In this document: piece after piece, positions 53,325-64,000 of the stretch
How the letters are laid out: every line of letters begins with the position of its first letter
Position numbering within the stretch: the stretch's first letter is position 1
Assembly (NCBI GenBank): GCA_951406725.2
Contig: OX597825.1
Location: 40,610,001 to 40,674,000, forward strand
Origin: Octopus vulgaris
Lineage: Eukaryota
DNA length: 64,000 nucleotides
Direction of reading: 5' to 3'
The notes under the pieces: generated by a model
Told to the model about the DNA's origin: nothing
Databases searched by the model: none
Seen by the model: only the letters and a program-made list of their open reading frames with translations
Position numbers and translations under genes: made by a program

Positions 53325-55975
53325 AGCACCCAAGAGCAACCTGACCTTGTAGTGAGGTAGGCATTGACGACTCTCTGTGAATACATAAGCACATTATCAC
53401 ATATGGAAAACAAATTCGTATTTCTTTTTGTTTCTTCTGATTTCAGTATTGTTTTCCTTACTCGTCCGTTTCTGCCTTGATTTTTATTCCCTCCAATATC
53501 AAGGACAATTTACACACAGCATTGCACAATAGTTTTCATTTCAATCTCGAGTTTTAACGTTGCTCTCACTGTCTTCTTTTGGTTCATAAGTTTGGTATTA
53601 ATCTTGACAAACCATCTGCATGTCTCAATTTTTCGATAGCAAATACTTCATCTTGAAGTCGTTATTCAGTAGGATCGTTCCCCAGCGCTGCAATCTGTTG
53701 ACTGCATGAGTGGGAATATCCGGTTTTGATCCATAGATAGACGAAAGTGGGAGGCGGTCTGTCTGCAAATGGAACCTTCTTCCGTGCATTAAATGTATGG
53801 AATTTTTTACTGCAAATATGATGGCTTATGCCTTTTTTGTATTTGACTTTAGTTTTTCTCAGCCGACTATAATGAACGCAAAGCATGAGCTACTGCCAAG
53901 CTGCCATCTTCATACTTGTGTAAAATCACAGCTCCAGTACCAGTTTCACTATCATCTGCTGCCACTACTATTTCCAAATTCGGGTCAAAATGGGATAACG
54001 ACAATTCCGACGTTAGGGCGTTTTTAATTTCTTCAAAGGCTTTTAGTCATTTGTCCGACCAGTTCCACTTAACGCCATTTTTAAATAGGTTTTTTACAGT
54101 GCTCTTAAATCGTGTATATTTGGTATGTATACTTGGTACTTATTTGAACATCCCCAAATGCTTGTAACATTGTAATGTTCGGCGGGGGAGTCATAGTTTT
54201 TAAATTGCTCGCCCTAGTCGGGTCTAGTCTGCGTTCATTTCCATTTATAATCTGCCCTAGATATTTTATTGTTGACATAACAAATGCACACTTTCGAAGA
54301 CCTTTTTGACATGCACAGCATACTGACCACGAGATTCACTTTTTATGAGGATGTCGTCAAAGTAAGCTGCGAGAATAATGTCCATAATTTGTTGGAAAAT
54401 ACCAGGTGCTACATTTATACCAACGGAAAGTCGATTGAATTTGTACAAACCTTCATGTTTATTATCAATAATTTTGAACATTCCTCATCGACATTTACCT
54501 GCAAATATGTTTCAGATAGGTTCAACTTTGAACACAATTTTCCTCCATTCAACTTTGCAAAAACATCTTCCAAACTTGCTAACGGTTAACTATATGACAT
54601 CAAACATCTGTTTAATCCCATTGAGAAATCAGTGCCTACTCGGATTCTATTATTTTTTCTTGATATAAACTGCCAGGGATGCCCAGTTTGAGTAATCAAT
54701 TTTTTCAATAACGCCAATTTTTACAAGTTTATCCAATTCTTCGTTGACTTGATTCAACGCTGCGAAAGTTAACATTCTTTTTGGTTTAAATACCGGTGTA
54801 GCGTTTTCTTTCACTTGAAACTTCGCCTCTGTTTTGGTGCAAAGATTGAATTCCTGACAAAAAAAAACTTCAGGAAAAGTTTGTTTTAATTCATCTTATA
54901 AATTTTCCGACGCCTTATTTTTACTGACAGAAGTACCATTTATATTCATACAAAAAATATTTATGGGTAGGTCCCATATGTTACATAGCTCCATCCAGAT
55001 TTTTCCAAAAAATTTGTAGTATTTTTTCTAGGTTTTTTCCACGAAATGTAACATCGCTTATCATTTCGCCCATAAAATGCAATTGTATTCATGAAACACC
55101 TCACACACTTATCACAGTTTCCTTTAATCGAGGTTTCTTTAATTTTAACCATGCATCTGTATTAATTACTGTGGTTTCACTGCCTGTATCCAATTGTAAC
55201 TTGATATTAACATTATTCATGTTTATGGACACAAGATTTCTTTTCTGAGCCTCGCTTAGAATTATTTTTATCAATACATTCTTTCTAGAATGTTTTTATG
55301 TTTGTCCCTTTTTCTTGCCACTGTACGATGTGAGATTTTAAGCCCGATTTTTCCACGATCAAAACATTTACGATTTTTTAAAGGGTCAATTACTTTTAAA
55401 ATGTAAATCTTTGCAACCGTAGCATGGATTTGGCCTTAACTTTCGTTTTTCTATTTTCTTGTCCCTTTCAGGACGACACGTATGTATCTAAGAGCTATCT
55501 TTTTCTTCAATTGTATCTGCGTCACGTCTTAAATTTATAATCCTCTTACATTCTTGAGCCACTGCCTGTAGAATTAATTTTTGGTTCTGTTCTAATTTTG
55601 ATAATAAACGGAAACGTATATCAAAATCTTATCTTGCTTTCACATTTGAACAAAATTAAACATTTGAATAAATCTGGGGTTAATTCATATAATTTGAATT
55701 TTTCAACTCCGTTAACAACACCAGGATATGTGACAAAATCATCATCTTTAACTAAATTTAAACATTGACAACAAGTATTGAACAGGGAACTTCTTTCACT
55801 AAACATTCTCGATAACAAATTAACTGTTTCATCGAAAAAAATCTCACCTGATTTCTTCGGAAGAATATAGCTACAGTATTTTTTGTGTTCGGCAGAGGAT
55901 AACTTTCTTAAAAGTAGGTGCACCTTTTCGTCATTCTAATTGAAGATTATTCGTATATTCGAAAATATGAATCTG
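53325..55975 (-). mobile_element. Gypsy/Ty3 (K02A2.6-like) retrotransposon remnant: gag-CCHC-PR-RT-RNase H
   Basis: HLLLRKLSSAEHKKYCSYILPK, CYGCKDLH, LQLDTGSETTVI, GLYKFNRLSVGINVAPGIFQQIMD, YFDDILI, AVAHA, SICDNVLMYSQRVV; many stops. Confidence 0.92.
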
Positions 55976-55977
55976 TC

Positions 55978-58100
55978 TACATTACGGGTACCAGATCTGT
56001 TCCTAACGTAGTGTGGTTCTCCATCTCAGTGTCATACTTGCCTGTCCTATATATTTATGCTCACAACCTGAGCAAGCTATAGCATGAATTAGATTCTCGG
56101 AAGCACAAGTGAAGTTGGTTTTAATTGTGAACTTTTCTCCTTGTTTGAATAGGAATTCTGCGCTTCCCAGTAGGTTTGGGCATGTTTCACAGTTTGGGTG
56201 TCCACATTTTTAACCGTGGGTTTCATTAGTTGTTGTGTAAAGCTTCGCATTTGTTAGAAGTATTTTTAACGATTTGTGTTGCTTTTTGCATTTGATGAAA
56301 ATATGTGTCTTCAGAATCTTGTTCATTTTGGGGTCTCTAGAGGGCATAGGTAGATTTTGAACAAGTTCTGTATACCTCATTGTTTCTAGAGTTGTGAGTG
56401 ATACATGCAGTAGTATTTTGAAATGCCTTTAGCATTTTAATGTTTAATTTCTCAGCACGCTTAATTCCATCATTTTAAGTGAGGGTGGATATTGTCTTTC
56501 ATTTAATGTTGTTCTGAGGTCTTGAAGACGAAATTCCCTAGTATTTCTATCAGACAATATTGTGCAAATCCTTTTTGCTAAAATAAAGGGAATATTACTT
56601 TTGGTGTGTTTTGGGTGGCATGAGCTATACAGGAGATATTGTTTCGAGTCCGTTGGTTTATGATAAATGTGAGTTACTATTTAGGTGTTGAATTTTTTAT
56701 CATGTCCAAGAAGGGAGCTGTTCTTTGCTATATTTATTGTGAACTGAATGATAGGGTTTATATTATTTAGGATTGATTGCACTTCAAAAAGTTTATCAAT
56801 GGTCTCCTTTCAAATGATAATGCAGTCATCCAGGTATCTTTTCCAGTTCTTACTTATATAATTAGGAAATGGATATCCATATTTTTGGAGTAACATTTCA
56901 TATATAGCAATTTCAAAATAACCAATAATTAGGTTCGCAAGAACAGGAGCTGCTTTCGTTGCCATCGCAATTACGCATTTTTGACGATTGTAGGTGTCAT
57001 CAAAAAGGAAATAATTGTTCTGAAGTATAAATTTTATAGATTCACTAAAGACCTAGTTTATGCGTTTCAGAAATACTTTGGGGTACTTTTATAACCAGAA
57101 TGTTAGTGCTTCTATTCCATAGTCATGTGGATGTACGTATAACGATTAATATCATCGAAGGAATTCAATAATACTTCTTCATTAGTTGTTTTTGGTAGGT
57201 GCTCTAGCATGTCTAAATCGACTCTAATGAAATATTTGATATATTTCAGCAAGGGTTTCAGTAGAATGTCTCGAAAATTGCTTAGGCGGTGGAATTCAGA
57301 GGCTGGACTTGCTATATTGAGGCTTACCTTTAAGTCTTCTGGTGCTTGGATAATTATCTATTTGGCTCGTGATTGTATGCAGGCTTCATTAACTATTTCC
57401 TCTTCTATATTTTAGGTAGACCGTAAAAAAGACTAGGTTTACATTTAAAGTTCGTGATATAATCTATTTCTTTTTCTGTCAGGCCTTTTCCACGTAGTAT
57501 TAAGGATGCTAGATTTTTCATATTTTTTTGTTGTTTATAGTTGACAACTTTTTCGGAGAAGGTATAGTTTTCTAACATAGATAATGCTAGGTTTTCGTAG
57601 TATTCTGTGTCTATTAGGACTGCAGCACTTCCTTTGTCTGCTTCTTTAATTGTCACTTTCTTGTCGTTTTGCAGTTCAATTAGATTTTTCCATTCTGGAT
57701 TGTTGAGATTTGAAGTAATGTTTCGGTTATGGAAAATATTTGGGGAATTTTAGATATGGTCGCAGAAGTCATCTAGTGTTTTATTCTTACGTTTAGGTGC
57801 AAGATAATTACTTCTGATTTTAACTAGTGTTTCATCCTCGTTGTTTTAGTCAGTTAATGCTTCTGTGAGTCGTAGTTTCCTGCAGAATTCCGAAATATTG
57901 TCTTTAATTTCATTCTGGTTAAATCTTCATGGGGCTGGGGTAAATTTTAATCCTGTAGCTTGTATACTGATTTCTGTTGCACAGAAGGTTTTTTTGTTCA
58001 ATTTATTTTTGGCTTTTTCCTGTATGTTTTGTTCCAACGTGTATCCTTGTTCCTCTCCACTGGGTCTAAAATGTTTTTACTGTAATTTGGCTGGTAGAGG
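55978..58100 (-). mobile_element. Penelope-like element (Neptune-type RT + GIY-YIG), decayed, 3' end lost
   Basis: GLKFTPAP, IKEADKGSAAVL, FYGLPKI, IAMATKAAPVLANL, WKRYLDDC, Cys linker KCGHPNCETC, LIHAIACSGCEHKYIGQ. Confidence 0.92.
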
Positions 58101-59100
58101 TGGTCAGCGTTATTATTGTTATTAATTTTATTAGCATTGCTGGGAGGCTGGTGTTGCAGTTTGGGTAAATTAGTTGGAAGTACGTGGTTCGGGTTTCATC
58201 GTTGGAATAAGTTGTTGGGGGTACTTAATTATGTTTGAGATACTGACGTGGTTTTGCTGTCTGGGTAAATTAGGTTGAAATTCCTTCATTAGACGTTTCT
58301 AGTTGCTGGGGAGAAATAATTACTCCTAAACCTAGGTTGGTTTCTTTTAGTTTTTCTTATTAGTGAGTTGTCCCTATTACTACACATTATCCTGATTGTG
58401 TAACTATATAGACCAGACGGAGAACCATACAACATAGGAACAGATCCGGTTCCCACAATACAGACAGATTCCTTTGAGTGATCACAAACAGAGATGTTAA
58501 GTTTATATCCCACCGATCGCCACATTTCTCACCATCTACCACAGTAAAAACAATTTCTATACAAGAACGCCTATATAGAAGAAATTAATTCATCAAAAAA
58601 ATGTAGAACACGTCTAAATATGAACGCATGACCAAATTTAATTTCAGTATATATTTTAATTCAGGATTACATACCCATCACTATACGAATTTTCTTCGCA
58701 CTACTTCAGCATTTGAGTTTTTGTGTATATTCTATCCGCTCCGTAAAATATGAACAATTACCACTCCTATCCCCTATAATTACGATCACTAATTCCCTCC
58801 CCTTAATTTTTCTATTGAAATCACTCATTCATAAAATTCTACACACTCAAAATGGACTAAAATCTTAAAAAATACGAAATTACAATAATTTCAAAGTCAT
58901 GATTAGCAAAAGCAAAACCGGTCGACAAACACAATAAAACATATATTAAAAAGTATATTAAAACTATGTAAATTTTGAATATTTTCCTTCTTTTATTTCA
59001 CATGTGTGTGTCTTTGGGTGAGTATGCTTGTATGTGTGGGTGGATGTGGGTGGTTGTGTGTCTGTAAATTAATATAAACAGGTAGGCACAATATAATACC

Positions 59101-59169
59101 ATGTTTGTGCCTGATAAATATGTAGTTTGTGCCTGATAAATATGTAGTTTGTGCCTGATAAATATGTTT
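59101..59169 (+). repeat. 23-bp tandem repeat x3
   Basis: gtttgtgcctgataaatatgta repeated. Confidence 0.9.
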
Positions 59170-59339
59170 GAGATATTTCTCAACATATGACACTAGGTGT
59201 AGCACCTAAAGATATGTCTCGTGTCCTTTGAATAAATAATATTTTCTCTTACTAGATGGAGTGATTTTGCGTTGAATTTCTTTCACGGAATTGTTCATTA
59301 TATATATATATATATATACATGTTTCTTTGCTTTTTAAA

Positions 59340-59475
59340 TTGTTTCAGTAATGTGGCTGCGGCAATGCTGGAGTACCGCCTCTAGTAGAACAAATCGAGC
59401 CCAAAACGTATTGTGTGTAACACTAGTACTTCTGCAATCGGTTTCTTTTGCTGAACCGGTAAACACACCAACACT
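59340..59475 (-). mobile_element. OR2-like SINE 3' fragment
   Basis: gtttcag...gcggcaatgctggagtaccgcc...caaatcga...atcggtttcttttgctgaacc.gtaaacacaccaaca. Confidence 0.65.
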
Positions 59476-59642
59476 AATCTAAATATACGTATTTGCTTAA
59501 ACTTTGTATTACTATTATTACATAAATATGTATATGCATATGTATATATGTTCTATTTCTATTCCTGAGCGCCATACTAATACGTTTGTTTGTTTGTACT
59601 CCACTAGCCTTCGTCTTTTGTTTATTTTCGTAAACCTTCCCG

Positions 59643-59720
<78 letters not shown>

Positions 59721-59722
<2 letters not shown>

Positions 59723-60480
59723 CTTATAGATAAGGGCTAAACATTTTATCCGCCGGCTTCCCAGATTTCAGTTTTTCGTGTTTTTTTCCTGTAGCGAGTA
59801 AATAATGTGAAAATTGACGATTTAATAGTCTGTTATCAGCATATTGGCATTGAAATAATTTTCTTTAGCCCTTATTTATAAGTTGTTTATAATTTTAACC
59901 GTAAAGGTATTTTAATATACTGCTACATTTTTTGATGGAATTTTTCTGTAAAAAAAAATTCATCCTATATTAGTAGTAGACTTATTACTACTCGCTATAG
60001 GGACTGGTAACCACTATAACCGGTAGTGAAGAAAAGTCAACACGTTGCGCTGAGGCTGACCAAAGAAATTTATTTTTAGATATATCTGGGGTACTTAAAT
60101 GTACTCATTTTTTCTTCGGATTTTTTTCCATGGGCGCATGTAAGTATCTTACATCCTTTCGTATGTTCTACTGAAGAGGAAAGAATATTTTATGAGATTA
60201 ATTCCGAAATTGATTCAAAATAGAAATAACGAACTTTAAAAAAATGCTATCGGCCGGCTTCCCCGATTACAGTTCTTCGTGTTTTTTTCCTGTAGCGAGT
60301 AAATAATATGTGGAAATTGACGATTTAATAGTCTGTTATCAGCATATTGGCACTGAAATAATTTTCTTTAGGCCTTACTTATAAGTTGTTTATAATTTTA
60401 ACCGTAAAGGTATTTTAATATGCTGCCACATTTTTTAATGGAATTTTTTCTGTAAAAAATACTTCATCCTATATTAGTAG
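59721..60480 (+). mobile_element. Non-coding 1.5-mer element (501-bp period) with an inverted 5' stub and a degenerate hammerhead
   Basis: Direct repeats 59747-59976 and 60248-60480; 59721-59741 is the reverse complement of ~59865-59885; hammerhead-like 60166-60225; (TA)n on both sides. Confidence 0.85.
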
Positions 60481-60481
60481 C

Positions 60482-60522
<41 letters not shown>

Positions 60523-60528
<6 letters not shown>

Positions 60529-60711
60529 ATCCCAAAATGAATACACAAAGAGAAAACACAACAACGCTAGGACGTGGTACAAGTATAGTATTATTGGACG
60601 CTCAGGAAAGAAGGAGAGTTTAACGTTTCGAGCGGAGCTCTTCGTCAGAAACATAGGTAAAGAAAAGATCTAAAGAAGGGAAGACAGAAAAAAAATCGCC
60701 AACGCGGTCAC
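60523..60711 (-). mobile_element. ~190-bp (TA)n-flanked element carrying a minimal hammerhead (pLTR-like)
   Basis: Contains 60618-60652; a related 3' part lies at 59560-59643 on +. Confidence 0.75.
60618..60652 (-). ncRNA. Minimal type I hammerhead ribozyme (35 nt)
   Basis: GUUU-CUGACGA-A-GAGC(ucc)GCUC-GAAA-CG-UU-AAAC; palindromic AACGUU stem III. Confidence 0.8.
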
Positions 60712-60736
60712 ATATATATATACATACGACAATATA

Positions 60737-60780
<44 letters not shown>

Positions 60781-60781
<1 letters not shown>

Positions 60782-61009
60782 CTTTACTACCCACAGGGGG
60801 CTAAACACAGAGGGGGACGAACAAGGACAGAGAAACAGATTAAGTCGATTATATCGGCCCCAGTGCGTAACTGGTATTTATTTAATCGACCCCGAAAGGA
60901 TGAAAGGCAAAGTCGACCTCGGCGGAATTTGAAGTCACGACGTAGCGACAGACGAAATGCTGCTGAGCATTTCGCCCGGCGTGCTAACGTTTCGGCCAGC
61001 CCGTCGCCT
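60781..61009 (-). mobile_element. Meta-domain SINE, well preserved
   Basis: Reverse complement of the 26639-26865 family. Confidence 0.9.
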
Positions 61010-61039
61010 TATATATATATATACACACACATACATTCT

Positions 61040-61180
61040 TTCATTTTCCATCTACATAATCCACCACAAGGCTTTGGTCTGCCCGAGACTATAGTAAAAG
61101 ACACTTTCCCAAGATGCTGCTCAGGGGGATTGAACCCAGGTCCTGTGGTTGGGAGGAAATCTTCTTACCACACAGCCACC
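61040..61180 (-). mobile_element. OR2-like SINE 5' half
   Basis: cacaaggctttggtc...gacactttcccaag...gattgaaccc...cttaccacacagccac. Confidence 0.7.
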
Positions 61181-61192
61181 CAGCGTCTATTT

Positions 61193-61273
<81 letters not shown>

Positions 61274-62339
61274 CTTATATATATACATATATGTATGTAT
61301 ATCATAATAAATGAATAAATGGGCATATATTAAGAAAGCGTAGACGGAAGAATAATATGGACAAGGATGTCATACACTGGACTGTTCAACATTTCCCTTG
61401 TTATTGGATATAAAAGTTTAAATGCGATAAACAAGTAAATAATATTTAATGATATTAGAATGAATCGAGTATACTTAACTATGTATAAAGCATAGTTCAA
61501 CACAAGCTGAGAACTCAAATATCGTAGTAACCGGCTTAAATTCTGCAAATATATTTCTAATGTAGTGCAAGCATCTCACCTTAAGTTTCCATAATTCAAC
61601 GCATTAAACCCTTTGCTCATATCTATCATTTGAATAGAGTAATGCACTTGTTACTATTTTTCAGGTAATTTGGAATCTAATTTTCTTGTTTTTTACTTCC
61701 CAAATTTTCTCAGTAACGTAGCAGTAGCTCTATATAATCGCCGCTTAAATTTGCAAGAAATTTAACCGCTGTAGGTAAAAGCTGTTAAATTAGTCATTAT
61801 ATCACATCTATAGAAAATAGTTTTAGTGTGGTAGAAATTATTGAGAGTGTACAGAAGTTTGCTTTTACAATCATGTAGTTTAAGAGTGTAATGGACTCTG
61901 AGTGTTATTGGAGGATCGCCGAGAGTGAATTACTCGCATTACCTAGGGTTATGTAAGAGTTGACAGGTTTGTGAATACTGGTAGTATCACTTTCATTTTG
62001 ATGGTGATAGTTAATATAGCTACCTAGATTATAAACAGCTACAAAATAATCATGTTTATTAGAGTCACTGTGGGCGGTATTGAGGTTGGTTTCGCCATTA
62101 TCAGGATTAAAGTGTATATCGTCATATAAACTATTACTGCTACTTGTCACTATTGCTGCTAGTAGGATAGTTAGTACTGCTAATGATGAGCTAATACTGT
62201 TAGAGGCTGAAGTAGCTACGCTTATTGCCATGGCTGTGAATGTTAAAGCTGTAATTATTATCAATATTACTGTTGTTACTACTGCCATCATAATTATAAA
62301 TATAATTATAATTATAATTAGCATTACCGATAGTGTCAA

Positions 62340-62354
62340 TACAATTATTATTAT

Positions 62355-62418
<64 letters not shown>

Positions 62419-62485
62419 GTTGTTGTTGTTGTTGTTGTTGTTGTTTTTGTTGTTGTTGTTATTATTATTATTGTTATTATTATTA
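62340..62485 (+). repeat. (ATT)n/(GTT)n microsatellite (tail of the minus-strand Dong)
   Basis: Directly visible. Confidence 0.95.
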
Positions 62486-62486
62486 T

Positions 62487-63680
62487 GTACTTTTAATTTG
62501 CAAGTTTGTTACAGCATACTAGGGCGAGTGAAGGATAAGATATGTTACAGCATGGCTGAAAGCTTTTGGAGGGTAAGTGGCAAGGGCAGTAATAAAATAT
62601 CTTCATGCAATATAACACAGACATTCAAATTGATAGGGCCTATCTAAGCATGTGGGCAGTACTTGTATTTCTCTGAGATATGGTTCTCCTGGGATATTAT
62701 CTAGATATTTCTGACCTCTCTTCCTTGTCACACCTATGGCACCCACAATAACAGGAACAGTTCTCGTTTAATATGCCACATCTTTTGTGTTTCAATTTCC
62801 AGGTCCTTATATTTATTTAATTTGTCAAATTCCTTTACGGAAATATTTTTATCAGTGGGAACACTTACATTTATTACTCAACAAATATATTCTTCCCTGT
62901 CTGTAATGGCTATGCCTGGTCGATTAGACTGGATCTTTCTGTAGCTGTTGATTGGAAAATCCTAGTGGGTAGTGACATTTTTACCTTCAACAACTGACTC
63001 AGGATGATGGTTATACTAGTAAGTAAGAGCGCTTATATTGTAGTATTTACATAGATTCCAGTGTAAATTTTGTCCTAACATATTGTGGGGATTTTTGTAT
63101 TCGCTTGATGCCAGCCCAGGACATCCCGAGAGACGGGATGGTCTGTTGTTTCATCAAATTTACAGCGGAATTTGCATTAAAGGTCAGAAACGTTTTGAAG
63201 AATATTAGCCTGGTAGTTTTTGGTCAGCAAGATATGATCTAGTGGCGCTAATATGAAACCTTCAGTCTCTGCGTTCAGTCCTGCACTTCTCATCCACTGA
63301 TATGTTGTTACTTGATCTACATCAGCATTTCAGCTTCGAATTATATACTGTCCCTGCAGAGGCTTCTGGCTCCACCGCTCCTCAATTTGTTTCTGCCCGT
63401 TCATTTATGCAGTCTGTTTGATCCGTTTTGCTTGTTTGGTGGCAGTGGTTTCAAGTTCTTCCTCTTACAAATTTGAAAGCATTCGTGTTTCCACACAAGC
63501 TGGAGCATCTACTTCTCTGAAATAGATATTTATTTGTTCGTTCCTATTGTGGATGTTTTATAGCACACTTCTACCTACATCATTCCTTTCCCCCCATTAC
63601 TTCTAGACTGGTATAGGCGATCAACATCTGCTTTTGGTTTGTGCATTTTCTTAGATGATTGTTGTTATCCTCAGATATTT
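62487..63680 (-). mobile_element. Dong/R4 LINE 3' fragment, related to the 29420 element
   Basis: PKADVDRLY, GLNAETEGFI, CKFRCKFDETTDH, QSNRPGIAI, KYKDLEIETQKMWHIK, VPVIVGAIG, TAHMLR*ALS; 3'UTR similar to 29420-29460. Confidence 0.88.
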
Positions 63681-63804
63681 ATAGCATTTTTGGGAGTCAA
63701 GTTCCTTGATGGTAATGTCGGTATCTTATTTAGTGGACGCTGTTTGTTTGAACCTGCCTATTATTATTGTGATAATCATCATCATCATCATCATCATTAT
63801 TATT

Positions 63805-64000
63805 ATCATTCAGTAGTTTTATTTTTATAGCGTGCTTTCACTTCACTACCGATCGTAGCTCTGTGTGCTTTAGGTATGTGCTGTGATTTGTTGTGATGCT
63901 CTGATGGTTATTGTATGGAAAGTGTTCTGCGTAGGATGTGTGCAGTGCCTAGTAGTGCAATTTTCTGTATGTTATATGTGTTTGTAAGTCCTGGTGTTTT
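63805..64000 (-). mobile_element. Dong/R4 3' end (continues beyond the window)
   Basis: KTPGLTNTYNIQKIALLGTAHILRRTLS; UTR near-identical to 12520-12620. Confidence 0.88.

Noticed and set aside
60740-61318. Longest ORF (192 aa)
   Set aside because: Reads through two SINEs and (TA)n; spurious.
61905-62647. ORFs of 104-144 aa
   Set aside because: Low-complexity decayed triplet repeats with no domain signal.

Overview
AT-rich, microsatellite-dense eukaryotic DNA with no recognisable host gene exon. The repeat content (tRNA-derived SINEs with Meta- and CORE-like domains, many Dong/R4 LINEs, long (AAT)n/(TA)n tracts) suggests an octopus or other cephalopod genome; this is inference. The window holds decayed mobile elements: an RTE fragment, two tandem Helitrons, about nine Dong/R4 LINE fragments in strand-polarised clusters within (AAT)n repeats, a Gypsy remnant with a candidate LTR, a Neptune-like Penelope element (PLE) and many SINEs. 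Most ORFs in the track are microsatellite artefacts. The main finding is a set of unrelated short non-coding elements that each carry a minimal type I hammerhead ribozyme (CUGAnGA-stem II-GAAA-palindromic stem III-NUH). They include a tRNA-promoter+hammerhead element (46.3 kb), a ~400-bp foldback with a central hammerhead (33.8 kb), a 501-bp-period 1.5-mer (59.7 kb) and a 35-nt minimal hammerhead (60.6 kb), plus decayed relatives. These look like retrozyme-like or PLE-dependent RNA parasites. A second notable item is a ~540-bp non-coding element with at least five copies, always co-oriented with Dong LINEs inside (AAT)n tracts. All alignments and folds were done by eye and coordinates are approximate.
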